Shown here one piece after another: positions 1 through 12,547 of a stretch of DNA of 64,000 nt. The position numbers and the translations under genes are program-made. The notes under the pieces are model-generated. The model did not search any database. It was not told the DNA's origin and was given only the letters and a program-made list of their open reading frames with translations. Source of the stretch: Tubulanus polymorphus (lineage: Eukaryota; Animalia; Nemertea); NCBI RefSeq assembly GCF_964204645.1, contig NC_134028.1, positions 11,951,263-12,015,262 on the forward strand, written 5' to 3'. Position 1 is the stretch's first letter. Each line of letters begins with the position of its first letter.

Positions 1-1900
1 AGGGAAACGGGGAAGACCCGGCATCGAGCGACGGATGCCGGCCGTCCGACAAACGTGAAGTCGCGAAACTGTAGGTAGTAAGAATAAGGATGATTTGTTG
101 AGTCGACTCGTCGGTGGTCCAAACGAAGTAGATGCAATCGTAGACGGTGTGTCCTGTTCCATTTTATTAGACACAGGTTCGATGGTTTCGACTGTTAGTT
201 TCGGTTTTGTTGAAAAATGTGGGAAAGCCGATGAGATCACTCCTCTTGACGATGTTTTGGAGTTTAAAACTGCTGCCGGAGATGTGTTGCCTTATCTGGG
301 TTGTGTGCAGATGGAATTAAAGTTGGATGAAGAGGTTGTTCCAATGTTTTCTTTCGTTGTCGCTGATACTGAGTATCACCGGAAGATACCAGTTCTAGTT
401 GGTATGAACGTGCTCTCTCAGATGGGAAATGACACAGGATGCTGCAGTTAGGAAGGTCAAGGCGTTACTGCAGCGCCGGAAGTCCGATAAGAGACCGCAG
501 GCAGGGGCGTAGTCACCGGCGTAGTCACATTATGCTAAAAGGTCATCAAGTTGTTGAAGTTGTCAGTGGTGCAAAAGTATTTCATTCGGAGGCGTTTCCG
601 CCCAGTGACTCCAGTGAGTTTTGTTAATGCGGTAACAGTGTCACATCTGAACCATGCACCTGATCTCACAGTATCAAAGTAACAGAATTCAGTAAACTTT
701 TTTCATATTACTTTAGAGCGACTTCTGGTTATATTTCACTGATTCTGTAGCTGTCTTATACATTAAAAATTGACCAAAATAAAGGATTTGACCAAGAAAA
801 TTCTGCTGAAATGCCGAGAGATGAAAACCGAGAAAATCGAAAGAGTATTGATTGTACAATAAGCTAACATCAGTTCTGCTATTTCTTTCAATAAGTCAGT
901 GGCCAATTTTTGTAGTTTCATTGTCAATTACTGATGCGAATCATTGGATCTGGGGTAAGATTTTCTTTCCTTCGTAAGGGAGGAGAGTTCAGTTGTATTG
1001 ATTTTGATTAATTTGTTTGAGTAAGAATCTTGTTTAAAGTTCAATGATTGTGGCTCTTGACATTTAAAGGTTTTAGCTCATGTGCTTATATTCCGTACGT
1101 GTAGGTTTAGCTAGATTAAGCTGATCTGATATCGGGGCGATATTTTTTAACTAGGGGGAGAATGTGGTAGGCAAGTATTTGGCACATTATTCGACTCCCG
1201 GTTTTTGTATTTAATTGCTTGCCATACAGTGCTGCAACCAGGCCACTTAGTACTACTTTTGGCGGTTAATTTTGTTGTATATTAAGCCGCCATAGCTATC
1301 GGTAGTAAATAAATGGTGTGTTGATATTCTGATAAATATCTCTTATGATTCATTTATTTCTCTAGGTAAGCGTATTGCTATTATTTACATTATTAACTTA
1401 ACGTTATTATCAACATGCAGCTCGGTTAGAACGCGTAGGATGGTGTATAAAGGTATAAATCATAGTTATTCTTTGAAGATCAATATGGCTGACCTATATT
1501 AGTCTGTGTGTGCTACATTTGTAGGTAGAGTGAAACTATTAAGAGAATGGTGCTTTATAAGTCTAGTAAACAATTATAAACGGTGAATTTTGGTTGTATA
1601 TTAAGCCGCCATAGCTATCGGTAGTAAATAAATGGTGTGTTGATATTCTGATAAATATCTCTTATGATTCATTTATTTCTCTAGGATTGAACCGAGGTCT
1701 AAGGTGTGAGGTTGTCCTTCTTGCAGGTGTGGCGCTGGGAAGTGTGTCAAAGAATCTGTGAATAGCAGCTCTTCTGGTCCCCACACGTCAGAAACTCGAA
1801 CGATCGATTAACAGCATCCGTTATGAACCGATTTAAAGATCAATAAGGTCGACTGAGTTTAAAGGCATCGTTCCTGGCTGTTATAGTCATATATCCTATA
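1..1900 (+). mobile_element. Internally deleted Gypsy LTR retrotransposon (gag end, aspartic protease, PPT, 3' LTR; right boundary uncertain)
   Basis: ORF 95-451 has the retropepsin motif LLDTGSMVST. GGGAAAC slippery site at 2-8. Polypurine tract AGGGGGAGAA (1153-1162) is followed directly by TGTGGTAG (LTR start 1163). RT, RNase H and integrase are absent. Confidence 0.75.
1274..1685. repeat. 93-bp identical direct repeat (1274-1366 and 1593-1685) inside the LTR
   Basis: gttgtatattaagccgccatagc...catttatttctctagg occurs twice. Confidence 0.9.
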
Positions 1901-2003
1901 TCCTGGTAATTATTTGTCATTGAGAGAGTAAGCTGATGGTACATCTTCAAAATTAATTGAAACTCCCTAGTTTCCTAAAGTAACTGGAAATGTTCTTTCG
2001 TTT

Positions 2004-4034
2004 GGGTCATGCTAAAGTACGAAACGACGAATTTACGAAATATGAAACGAAATTACGAAACTAAGAAATTACAAAACTACGAAATGCGAAACGAAAATAA
2101 GAAATGATGTTTTTTAACGGGTAGTGCTAAAGTACGATACGAAATACTATGAAAAGATGATATTTCAAACACGACCATACTATAGTCAAAGCTCATAACG
2201 CCAAGGGACTGTCAAAATTTTGGCGGTACATGTAAATGATCTTTGATGAAAGTAGTCAAGAATATATGTTCTTAAACTGGAAGGTGCCTATTGACATTTT
2301 GAGACGGTCCCAAAGTGAATATGATAAATATACATCGAATCCGTTATGTGTGATCGCTATTTCATTTCCTCCATCGTGGATCAAACAACGTCGATGATTC
2401 GCTTTAAGGAACCGTGACCTGATGAACGTATTCAAAGTGAGGGTATCCAGGAAACCAGTATTGAAGCCTAAGGCAAATAAATTGCCCATGGGCAAAGTGT
2501 GGTTTACCTTGAAAGCTAGAGGTTGTTTGGGGTAAGGGCATTGCTTGAAAAATCTTTTTAATTTGTGACTTCAAAGTTCTAAAAGTTTAAATATTGTATT
2601 AAATCTTTCAAAGGATTATTTTGTAGTCAAATAAGACTAAAGATATACATTTGTTTAGGTCCACATCCAAAATTTCGTAGGGTACAGGTAGGCGCGGCAT
2701 GGAAACTATATTATATTTTCAAAGGAATATTTTTCATAATATGAAAAAATATTCAGATAAAATTCATATGAGGTCACATATCAGAGGGTGGCTGAATGTA
2801 TGGCCGCGGAAGCTAAAATAGCGGTGCAGTAAATCAGCGTTTTAGATCGTTTTAAATCCTGGAATTTACCACTACAATATTCAGACCTCGACCTATACTT
2901 ATAGTTTGCTGCTTAGTATTTTCAGGTCACAAGAAATTACAATTTATCACAAACTCTATCAAACAGAAAACACAGCGCTCTTCTGTTGATGAAATGTCAA
3001 ACGCGCCAGCAAGCAGCGTTACAGTATCACTATAGTAGTGTGTACTGTACGAGCGTGTGTTTGTGTGCAACAGTCTATGGCACTCCGCGCGCACGTGGAG
3101 GCCTCGTGTGTGAACGTTCGCTTACACTTCAATGTCAATCAAAACAATCACCGGGTATTAAAATGAAACAATACCTATGGCGGATAATAATTACATTCTC
3201 ACCAGCAATGAGCATTTGAAATTCGCACGTATACGGCGCCTAGTCCACGTTCGCCATTCTATGGCTTTCCCATAATTATTCTAGTACGGTAGCGCCGGAA
3301 TTCCCCGTATATCCCAAAAACAGCCAATCACATTCGCTCGTAGAGACAACGCCTCCCAATCGAGGTCATTGCAATTTTATACGCGAGAGCTAGGAATTTT
3401 CCCGCCAAAAACAGTTTTTCGTAGAATTTTAACAATATTGACCATGTCATCGACGGAGGTTCGCCATGTCTTCAATCGCATCGATTATACGTCGTTTAAG
3501 CCGAGAACCAATGAAACAAATGCTCACATAAAAAAAAACGTACCGTGATTTTACATGAATTGGCTCAATGCCAACTTCATATCGCTGACAAAGGTAATTT
3601 TGTAAATTCCAATAAAAAGTTTTGATCTGTTTATTTCTATGCCGGCTGCCGGGTCTGTTTTTATATGCCAGATCGCGGTTTAAAAAAGTTATGTACAGGG
3701 CAGATAGGCAGCCGGTCGGGTCAACATTTACGAAACAAGGCATCTTTTTTTAGTCGTTCTGTTACCCGTAATTTATTTATCGGTTCCTTCAAGTTGTATA
3801 TAGGCATGCACAGATCATTATCCCCCGGTAGGGATTCGAACCTGATTGCTAAACGCGTCCACTACTGAAGTGAAAAAATTACAATTTCGTTTCGTATTTC
3901 ATTTCATACTTTAACAGGACCAGCAAAAGAATGCTCATTTCGTTTCGTAGTTTAGCATTTCGTTTCGTACTATAGCATTTCGTAATTTCGTTCCATATTT
4001 CGTAATTTTGTAGTTTCGTACTTTAGAAGCACCC
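2004..4034. mobile_element. Non-autonomous MULE/Mutator-like DNA transposon
   Basis: Long imperfect TIRs GGGTCATGCTAAAGTACGAAAC... / ...GTTTCGTACTTTAGAAGCACCC with subterminal (TACGAAA) repeats. Perfect 9-bp TSD CTTTCGTTT at 1995-2003 and 4035-4043. Confidence 0.8.
2475..3342 (+). repeat. Dispersed ~0.85-kb repeat, copy 1 (copy 2 at 24130-24981; short related start at ~46470)
   Basis: Near-identical sequence aaataaattgcc(c/a)atgggcaaagtgtgg...cagccaatcacattcgct at both sites. Confidence 0.85.
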
Positions 4035-4942
4035 CTTTCGTTTTCGTATCAAACAATTTTTGATTCATAGGAATTCATTTCAAAACCAGAAAGTACGCCA
4101 TTGCTGGAGTTTAATAATTAACTTACATTTATTAGACACATGCAACGAAGACATTAAATAATTGACCCAATTCAGGCCACATACTATTCAAAATGTAACT
4201 GCATCATACTGAGACCAACACCTTGCACTTTGGACATCGTAGGGGCAGATCCGACAGGGGTTTAAGAGGGTCTCAACACCCCTACTCTACGTTCAAAAGT
4301 TTTCTGGTAATGCTATAAGCCATATTAATGATAAAACTATTCACAATTTCCTTGAAAGCAACTAATGTGACCATACCCTAAACGAGTGGACAAAGTTTCA
4401 TGAAATTATCTTGAATGGTTAGAGCTCAATATTTCGTTCCCTTTTTTTTTTCTTGGTGTATCGTGGTGGCAGCTAATTAGCTACGGACATCCAACCAAAT
4501 ATTCGTTAAGAAGCAACTTATGGGACCATGACCAAAACAAGTGTACCATATTTCATGAAATCACCTTTAAAGGAGAAATATGTGACAAAAAGTGAACTCT
4601 CACAACTGAACTGATATGTCATCACAAATTCCTGCAATAGCAACCTTAGGGCCGTGCCCCGAACAAGAACATCAAGATTCATGAAATTATTTTAAATGGT
4701 TAGTGAGAACAATGCAACAAAAATAATTCACTTGTGGTGGCAGCCCAAGACATAGTATCAGGTTTTCCTACGATACCAACCCATGGGTCCATGCCCTGAA
4801 CACGTACACTATCTTTGATGGCTGAGAAACGCGTCAAAAATGTTTTGGACGGACGTACATGTACGCATGACCGAAGGATGGTATTGCACTATGTACATCT
4901 GTCCTGGATGTACATAAACCCCGTTGAGGTTATGCATTAATC

Positions 4943-5200
4943 CAGGGGCGGATCCAAAAGGGGAATCCGAACCCCCTTTTCTCACCAAGTGCCCATTTGA
5001 AAATCACCCCACATCTATGACGGAAGAGCACAGTACTTCTTAAGATTGCATAGAAGGAAACATAATTTTTTAGAATATCATAGGGAGGACCCCCTGACCT
5101 CCCTGCATGAGCATCGCGCCTATGGGGCGTCTTTCACGAGTAATAAAGTGCTTTGTAATATGAGAACACCCCCCTTTCGCTCAGCCTGGATCCACCCCTG
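4943..5200. mobile_element. Short MITE with CAGGGGCGGATCC termini (hAT-like)
   Basis: CAGGGGCGGATCC ... GGATCCACCCCTG inverted ends. The same terminus occurs at the window end (63988-64000). No TSD visible. Confidence 0.55.
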
Positions 5201-5483
5201 ATCCATATCCGGTGGCATTATACATAGTTCCCTACCTATTGTAATACAGTATGAAGTACTGCATCATTAATATCATCTCATTTGATATACCCCGAGCAGG
5301 CAAAGAATTTTGTACTGGATTGAAGGGTCATGACTAAAACCAATTTAGGTGGGAATCGCATAACCCTCGGTTATTAGACTATTATCAAATATATAAACTT
5401 TCACTATCTGGTTCTAACCACACTCCGCTTTTGTCCAACTAAATCCTGCACATCAGCATGCCGATTGAGTGAGCAGCTAAATT

Positions 5484-5545
5484 TTATTTTCCAAGTTGTT
5501 GTCCATTTGAAGTGGCTCGAGTAACACTTGTAGTTGGTCGAAGAG
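5484..5545 (-). CDS. KATNIP: KATNIP terminal coding exon
   Basis: Acceptor ctgctttcag, then (S)LRPTTSVTRATSNGQQLGK* (human ALRPKTCIS...). Phase 1 matches the previous exon. Stop TAA at 5486-5484. Confidence 0.85.
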
Positions 5546-7614
5546 CTGAAAGCAGATGAAAAAGAATATAACGATACTTCCTCAGGGCACGATAAGTCAT
5601 CCTCCACCGGAGGGGATTTGAACCATGATGTCATTATAAGCCAATCAGATATCCCGGTTGATTTCAGCTTGGGTTTTCCCATTTATAGTTCTTATGGAAT
5701 TTACCTCAGCGATTATACAACGAGCAATCTGATAGGTGCTTAGTTTTAATGAGGCAGAGCTACGCGTGTACCGGTGGCAGTGGCAGGGGTTCGTGCCGTT
5801 GCTGATAGTAGCGATGCTCTCAGGTTCGAATCCCTGCCTGGGGAGGATCATAAGTATACTTCATCTAATTTTCTATTGATTACTTTAATCCAATGATACA
5901 TACTAAACCACATCTTTCAACATAAGCAGCTGTCAATCTGCTGTCTGTACCTACTCCCAGATGGTCAACTTTTGAATGGCGAATTCTGGAAGAACAGACA
6001 TTTCAAAATTCTTGTTCTTTCAAAATGTCTGTTTAAAATCATAACAGACAAAAAAAACGTTCTGCAAAAAACCTACATTTAGGGGTTTTCAGGATATTTC
6101 ATAACATAACGGGAACGAGGACCTTCAGGCATTTAAGAACACACGATATTCGATTGTTTGGCCAAAATATATTAATTGAGTTTTTACTTCAGGAGATATG
6201 AGGCAGGACAGTTTCACTTTCAGTTGTAATGCTTAAGCAAAGGACGACGACATCATCATCAGACCGACCGCAATATCTTGCTTATTTACGATGAAAACCA
6301 ATGACCTTGAAAATCACTTAAATCATAGAACCTGTCATGAGCTAACTTCGCAATTGAATGCGGTTCCTTCTTGTGGTGAGAACAAGTTGTTCGCCACAAA
6401 CAAGGCGGTTTACCTTTCTAGCATCTAGACGAATGAACAATTATAATTGTATTCATTTTGATAGCTTTCACTCGCATGTTGTAAGATTGGGTTTGAAAAT
6501 GACCAGAAAACTCCAACTGCTCTAGGAAGCATGACACAAAATTTGATATCGGCTGTGTTTTTGCAATTGTTTGTATTTCCCCCAAAAATATCCAGGAAGC
6601 CAAATGAACAGTTCTTATTCTAGGCCTACCAGCTCATTTTCTTCCTGATCACCACAAGCAAGCGTTTGTCGCAGTATTTTCCTATAGGTTTAAGATTATA
6701 TCCAATGCTCTATCCAATCATCCCAAAAGGTGACAAAACATAATTTATTGACTATTACTGAAATTGCCACATAAGATCTTTTTATAAAAAATAAACGATG
6801 AATATTTTCAATATGGGGTCCCCTAAAGTTTTGAGGTCACTTAGAAATATCAAGCTCAAATATTCTGAAAACAGATCAAAATTTAGATTAAGAAACTGAT
6901 AATATCAAATTTTGTTTTGGTAATTTACCCGTTTTTAACCCTTTGCCTTCTACCCTTTTCTAGACATTTCTCCGAGCTAGGAACATCATTATGGGCAAAT
7001 AACAGTAAACTAGTCATGCTTCATCAAATATAATATTTCACACGAAAAAATTGTTTAGTTGTGAATTGAATATAATATCATACTTATATGTGTTCTCTTT
7101 CTGGAAACCCAATAATTCATTGAATAAATCTTTAAAATATATTTTAGAACGTTTTGCTGAAGGTCCATAGTACCTGTGTTTTGCCAGTTTTTTTGCTAAA
7201 ATATACATATATTCAAGATATTATGCTTCATGTGCTTTTTATTCTGGAATAAAATTAAATAAAGAAATAAAGCAAATAAAATTTTTTACACATTGTTGAG
7301 GTCTTGAGGTGGGCATGCATCGTTTCGAACCACGAATCACTTTAGTGCAGTTCATACATGCAAAGTTCTCAATATTTGATCTTCTCATGCACAGTACTCT
7401 TTGAATAATGCTATAACAAAACTAATTAGTCAACTTTAAGGCACAATAATCAAGTGTGGTACTTTTCAATCCCTATCTATATGAAGCCCTGGTTTGTCGA
7501 GGCAAGTTTTACATGTACATATTGTAGCCAAGGGAGTTTTCCGTCCACTGCATATATCCCTAATCAACAAAACTCCAATTGGGTTTTCTGTTAAGTGCAG
7601 AAAACCCTAATAAT

Positions 7615-10300
7615 GGTTGATTTGCGGGATCAAAACTGAAACCCTCTAAATGTGAGTTTTTGAGATTGTAATATGTCTGGGTCACAAGTGTCCGAAAAAG
7701 GTATTGAACCTGAACCTTCAAAATGATCTGCCATCAAGGATTGGACTGTTCCTCAATCCATGGCGGATGTTCAAAGATTTTTGGGGTTTTCAGGATATAA
7801 TCGACGATTCATTAAAGGGTACGCAAGTATTGCGGCTCCACTCATGAAACTTCTTACCGGAATAACCAACACGAAGGGAAAGAGGAAAACTGCTGAACGG
7901 AATGCGGTTATTTAATGGGGTGAACGAGAAGAAACGTTGTTCTCAAGGTTGAAAGAAGCGTTAACATCGGCCCCGGTGTTGGGCTTTGTGAATTTTTCAC
8001 ACCCGTTTGAGCTCCACCCTGACACTGCACAGTCTGGTTTGGGCACAGTGCTCAATCTGATGCTGATGGAATACGACGTGTGATATTGAATGCCAGTTGC
8101 GGACTAAGTGCTTCGTAGAGGAAATATACGGCTCACAAATTGGAATTTCTCGCAATGAAATGGGCGGTAACCGCGAAGTTTCATGATTACCTCCATGGCA
8201 GAAAGTGTTTGGTGAAAACGGATTCGAACCCATTAACGTACGTGCTTAAGTTGGCCAAGCTTGACGCCACAGAGCATCGCTGGTTACAGGCGCTCTCGTT
8301 TAAATTATCGAACTGGAGTATCAAAGTGGATGTAGAATGGGAGATGCAGATGCACTGTCACGGAGCCCTCTGAATCGTATGACAACTGAAGTGCTTTCTG
8401 CGGTGTGCGTGAATAATTCTGATCGTAAACAGGGATGGACATCCAGCGGTATGGCAGCTGTTGATATAAAACATTGCAGGATGAGGATCCTGTTGTCAGG
8501 TGGATCATTAATTGAATCGTTTCTAAGCGAAAATTTCGTCCAAGGCAACCATCAGAGTGTTGTGAGCCGTAATTTTAATTTGGGGGTAACGCAGTTGCAG
8601 ATTGGTTAGGTTCTGCAGAAACTTCACGATGAGCTGGGTCATCAAGGCAGAGACCGAACATTAGCCCTGTTGGCACAGAGATGCTATTGGCCAGGGATGC
8701 GTATGGATGTGGAGAATTATTTGAAGGGATGCAAACTATGCATTCTTTCCAAAGCAGCAAATCCAGGACAACTGGCCACCTCTAAAGAATATTCAAACAT
8801 CCTACCCTTTTGTGTATAGAGTATTGTGTATAGAGTATTGTAAGTATTGTGTATAGATTACCTGACGCTGAGAAATCGTGGGGATACCAGAAAATATTGG
8901 CTATGACGGACCATTTCACCAAATTTGCAGTTGCCGCACCCACCAAGAACGAAATTGCTCAGTCAACTGCCCGAGGATTTGAGTCGTGTAATCAAGGAAT
9001 TACGTCAATTAACCGTGAGGCAAAAATCGCGAAACTACACCTGACCATCCAGCAGGAAACAGAGTAGTGGAACGATTTAATCAAACGTTGATACATACTC
9101 TTGCAACTCTGCCCCCAGAAAAGAAACATTGCTGGAACGAATATATAGGACCATTGGTTTATATGCATAATTGTACACCACACGCATCCACAGAGTTTGA
9201 TCCATTTTACTTGATGTTTGGCCGGAGGCCCAATTGCCCATTGACCGCTACTACGGATGGAGTCCTGATGATACTCCAGTCTCAACTACCCAGTACGTCA
9301 AGCGTCTGGAACAGCAGCTGGATTTTGCTTGGAAGGTTGTGTAGGAGCATCTTCGGACCACCGATCGTCGCAAGTTGTTATACGACCAGAAATCGAAAGG
9401 TGTGGAACTCGAAATTGGTGATGTAGCATTGATGAAGAATGTCGCTCACGGACAACTAAAACAGAAAAAGAGCAAAAACAGCAACAACTCAATTTCTGTC
9501 GACTCGGACTTCTTTAATGGCTGACCGGAAACGTGAAAATAGATACAAAATACTCATGCGTAGAGCCGAAGTCTGTCGGGAAAACTAATAAAATGAAAAC
9601 CGACACCAGAAATATCTGAAATATTCCCGAAAAAGAAAGAGGGATTCAAGGAACGGCATAAACTGGCTGATAAGTGGGAATCCAAACCCTATGAAGTCCT
9701 GGATAAAGTTTAGGCAGATGGACCTGTCTTCAAATTAGCCCGGTTGGATGGCATGGGTAAAAGTCGGATCCTTCATCGTAACAAGTTATTGCCATTGGCA
9801 GCTCCTTTAAGAGAGTGTCATCAGGTAAAAATCGTCAACAGGAAAGATGAACCGAATCGACAGGAAAATGACGATAAACCATCTGTAAATAACTTCAAGA
9901 GAATCCACAGAATGAAGAACCCACAGAGTCAGAGGATGAGGACTGGGTGATGGTTCCTGTTACATCCACAGTTCCTGTTGTATCCGATGTTACTTTTGGC
10001 GATGTCAATGATATTGGAGCCACCAATGATGTCGACTCCAGAGGTTGTTCCTCCTGGGGAGGTTGCAAATTTTGAGAATGTGACTCGTGCGGATATTTCG
10101 GGTGTCAATGACAGGATATCACCTGATCAGGAAGAGCCAGATGATGAAGAGCATGTGGAGGATGAGGGATTGACAATGGGTGTGAATGGTAATTCGATTG
10201 AAAATAGAAACACTGTCTCATCAGGAGCAGATTCAGAAATTAACGTACGACCTGTCCCTACACCTAGGACTTGGCGACCCCCTGCATGGTAGAGATCGGG
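7615..10300 (+). pseudogene. Degraded Gypsy pol fragment (RT thumb/connection, RNase H, integrase, acidic C-terminal tail)
   Basis: Fragments LKPSKCEF, RFLGFSGYNRRFIKGYASIAAPL, EFLAMKWAVTAKFHDYLHG...KTDSNPL, DADALSR, LAMTDHFTKFA, ERFNQTL, PFYLMFGRRP, HRNKLLP, PVPTPRTWRPPAW. Many frameshifts and stops. Confidence 0.9.
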
Positions 10301-10849
10301 AGAGTATTCATTCTGACTATGGCTCCTAATTCCGTACTTGTTCAATGGAAAGAGGACGAACTTGAGTCCATCAAAGCATCCAAATATGTGATTAACCAGA
10401 AATCATGTGACCGGATCGAGTAGCAGGAACAAAGAGATGAAACCACTGACGGCTGGCCTGCATATATTGGACATGTTATTGATTCTGCAGGTATTTATTG
10501 AAAGTATCTATATTGATTTTATTCTTTGAATATCATTGTGAAATGTTGATTTGTTATTTTTTGCAAATAATATGAGGAAACTTTTGCTGAAGGAAATAAG
10601 AATTTCATAATGTGTTGGCAAGTAAGAGAAGTGGAAAAAAGATTCCAGAAGCCTATTGTGCAAAAAAGGAATAAAGCTATAGTAGTGTTGATGGAAATAC
10701 AAAAGGGAATATAACAGTAAGTGCGATCTTGTGCATTGGAAAAATGGTTGCCACAGAAGATTCCTTAGATAATTCTTAAGTAGACCGGTATTCAGAAGTT
10801 AAGTTAAAAGGTTTCCCTTTGAAGTTAAGGTACAACAAATTAGCATAAT

Positions 10850-11400
10850 CAAGTCTGCTAATGACCAAAGAAACAATGGCTGCTTTACACGCTGCATCAT
10901 CTAACAGACTTCGTATTTTACCAATGCAATACAGATGTTAGTTAGCACATGAAAAATATTGTTAACATGCTTTGATAGAGACAAATGTTCATCCAAAATT
11001 ACACCTAGATTCTTAACAGAAGTTATGGTAATGTATAAATCACTGGGTAAACTGGGTAAATCATTGTGACATATGATGAACCAATTAGTATTACAATTTC
11101 AGTTTTATTACTGCTAGCTTTTAATTCATTACTTGTAATCCAATAGACAACACCTGAACATGCTCGGATAGTGTAATGGAAGCTGAAATTACATCAGCGA
11201 GACTCTTATACGACTTTATACACTTGGTCGTCATCAGCGTATAAATGAAATTCAGTTGAAAAACTTATATATTTTGACTAAATTGCCAATAGGCTGAACA
11301 TATAAAGTAAACAAAATCGGACCTGAAACAGATCCTTGAGGTATACCATGGGTTAGAAGCCGAATTTCCCCCTCTACAATTGCTGTCTGAGTACAATTTT
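10850..11400 (-). pseudogene. L2/CR1-group LINE reverse transcriptase fragment
   Basis: GIPQGSVSGPILFTLYVQP and FHLYADDDQVY motifs, frameshifted. Confidence 0.75.
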
Positions 11401-11546
11401 TAATATAGGAACTGACAAGGACTGTAATTGTCACCAAAACCATACAAAGATTTAAGTTGACCTTGATGAATTTTATGATCAATGGTATCAAGGGCCGCCT
11501 ATAAATTAGGTTATACCATCAATACGATATTGCCATCATCACAACT

Positions 11547-11857
11547 GGAGCGGTGTGGCCGAGCGGTTAGAGCGTTCGACTCTGGGAAGCCAGGTGGTGG
11601 GTTTGAACCCTGTACATTGCCGTAGTGTCCTCGGGCAAGACACTTATCCTCATTGCCTCTCTCCACCCAGGAGTAAATGGGTACCTGGCCTGATAGATGA
11701 CTCCTGAGCGTTTGTTAGCAGCTTGATGTTACTTCTCCCCAGGGAGAGATGACTGATACATGTAAGAGTATAAAATTTGCCGGGGTAATAATATCGAAAA
11801 ATGTAAAGCGCTCTGAGCAGCCTGGCTGGATTTAGCGCTATATAAGACACATATTAT
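11547..11857 (+). mobile_element. tRNA-derived CORE-like SINE with an L2-type 3' tail
   Basis: A box TGGCCGAGCGG, B box GGTTTGAACCC, CORE-like gtgtcctcgggcaagacactt...gtaaatggg, tail tgtaaagcgct...gcgctatataa. Confidence 0.75.
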
Positions 11858-12446
11858 AACGGACAATATATCATTAGTTATTCTATAAATAGCTGACTCT
11901 GGATAGCATGGTCCATTTGGGATATAAGAATTTATTTTTGTCAAGACATCTTTATGGCCCTTATCAGCCACCATAATCAAGCATTTTTTCATAAGTTGTG
12001 CTACCCTCAAACCGGGATTACTGAAGGCGGCTTATTCATCGTATAATCCTCATAGAATCATTCTTAAAGTACTTTAAGCACTTGGTGGCACTATATGTAA
12101 CCATTAAGACAAGAATAGCATAAATGCATACCTGAGTATATGTCAGAATGGACAGGCAGCTAAACTATACTTATTCATTGTTCTTAATACATGTAGCCGT
12201 GGTCCAAGTTTCATCATAATTATTCATGAAACAAATTACGTTCTCGATAATTAAAGGAACCTACAAAGGCATGTAACTAGTGATTCAAAGTTTTTACTGA
12301 ATTGATATCTGGTGATCCCAACCTATGATAGTTTGATCCACAAAAGCATAGGGCAAATTGTCTCAGTCAGAACATGCTATGAATCGGCACCTGCATTATA
12401 TAACTAGAATACACTGCTTCTGCTAATAACCAGCGGGCATACTTAC

Positions 12447-12547
12447 ATTGATCAATTGCTTTTTTAGGTTGAGAAGAACCAAAATCCATGAAGTGAGCTA
12501 CCACCTTCTTATCGTTTGTCATCTGAACATCTTGGAGGTCTTGTTTA
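12447..12547 (-). CDS. KATNIP: KATNIP coding exon
   Basis: (S)KQDLQDVQMTNDKKVVAHFMDFGSSQPKKAIDQ (human EDQDVQMMNENQ...VDP). Acceptor ctag, donor GTAAGT, 101 nt, phases fit both neighbours. Confidence 0.88.

Noticed and set aside
5483-5488. AATAAA overlapping the KATNIP stop codon as a poly(A) signal
   Set aside because: It would leave almost no 3' UTR, and the hexamer is common in AT-rich DNA. Another candidate lies at 4128-4133. Cannot be resolved without transcripts.
5600-5850. tRNA-like B boxes (GGTTCGAATCC at ~5823, inverted at ~5615; also ~3835)
   Set aside because: No cloverleaf or properly spaced A box. Probably decayed SINE-like repeats, not tRNA genes.
11880-12010. Possible Penelope RT scrap (MVADKG...GP.Y)
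   Set aside because: Too short and degenerate to support.
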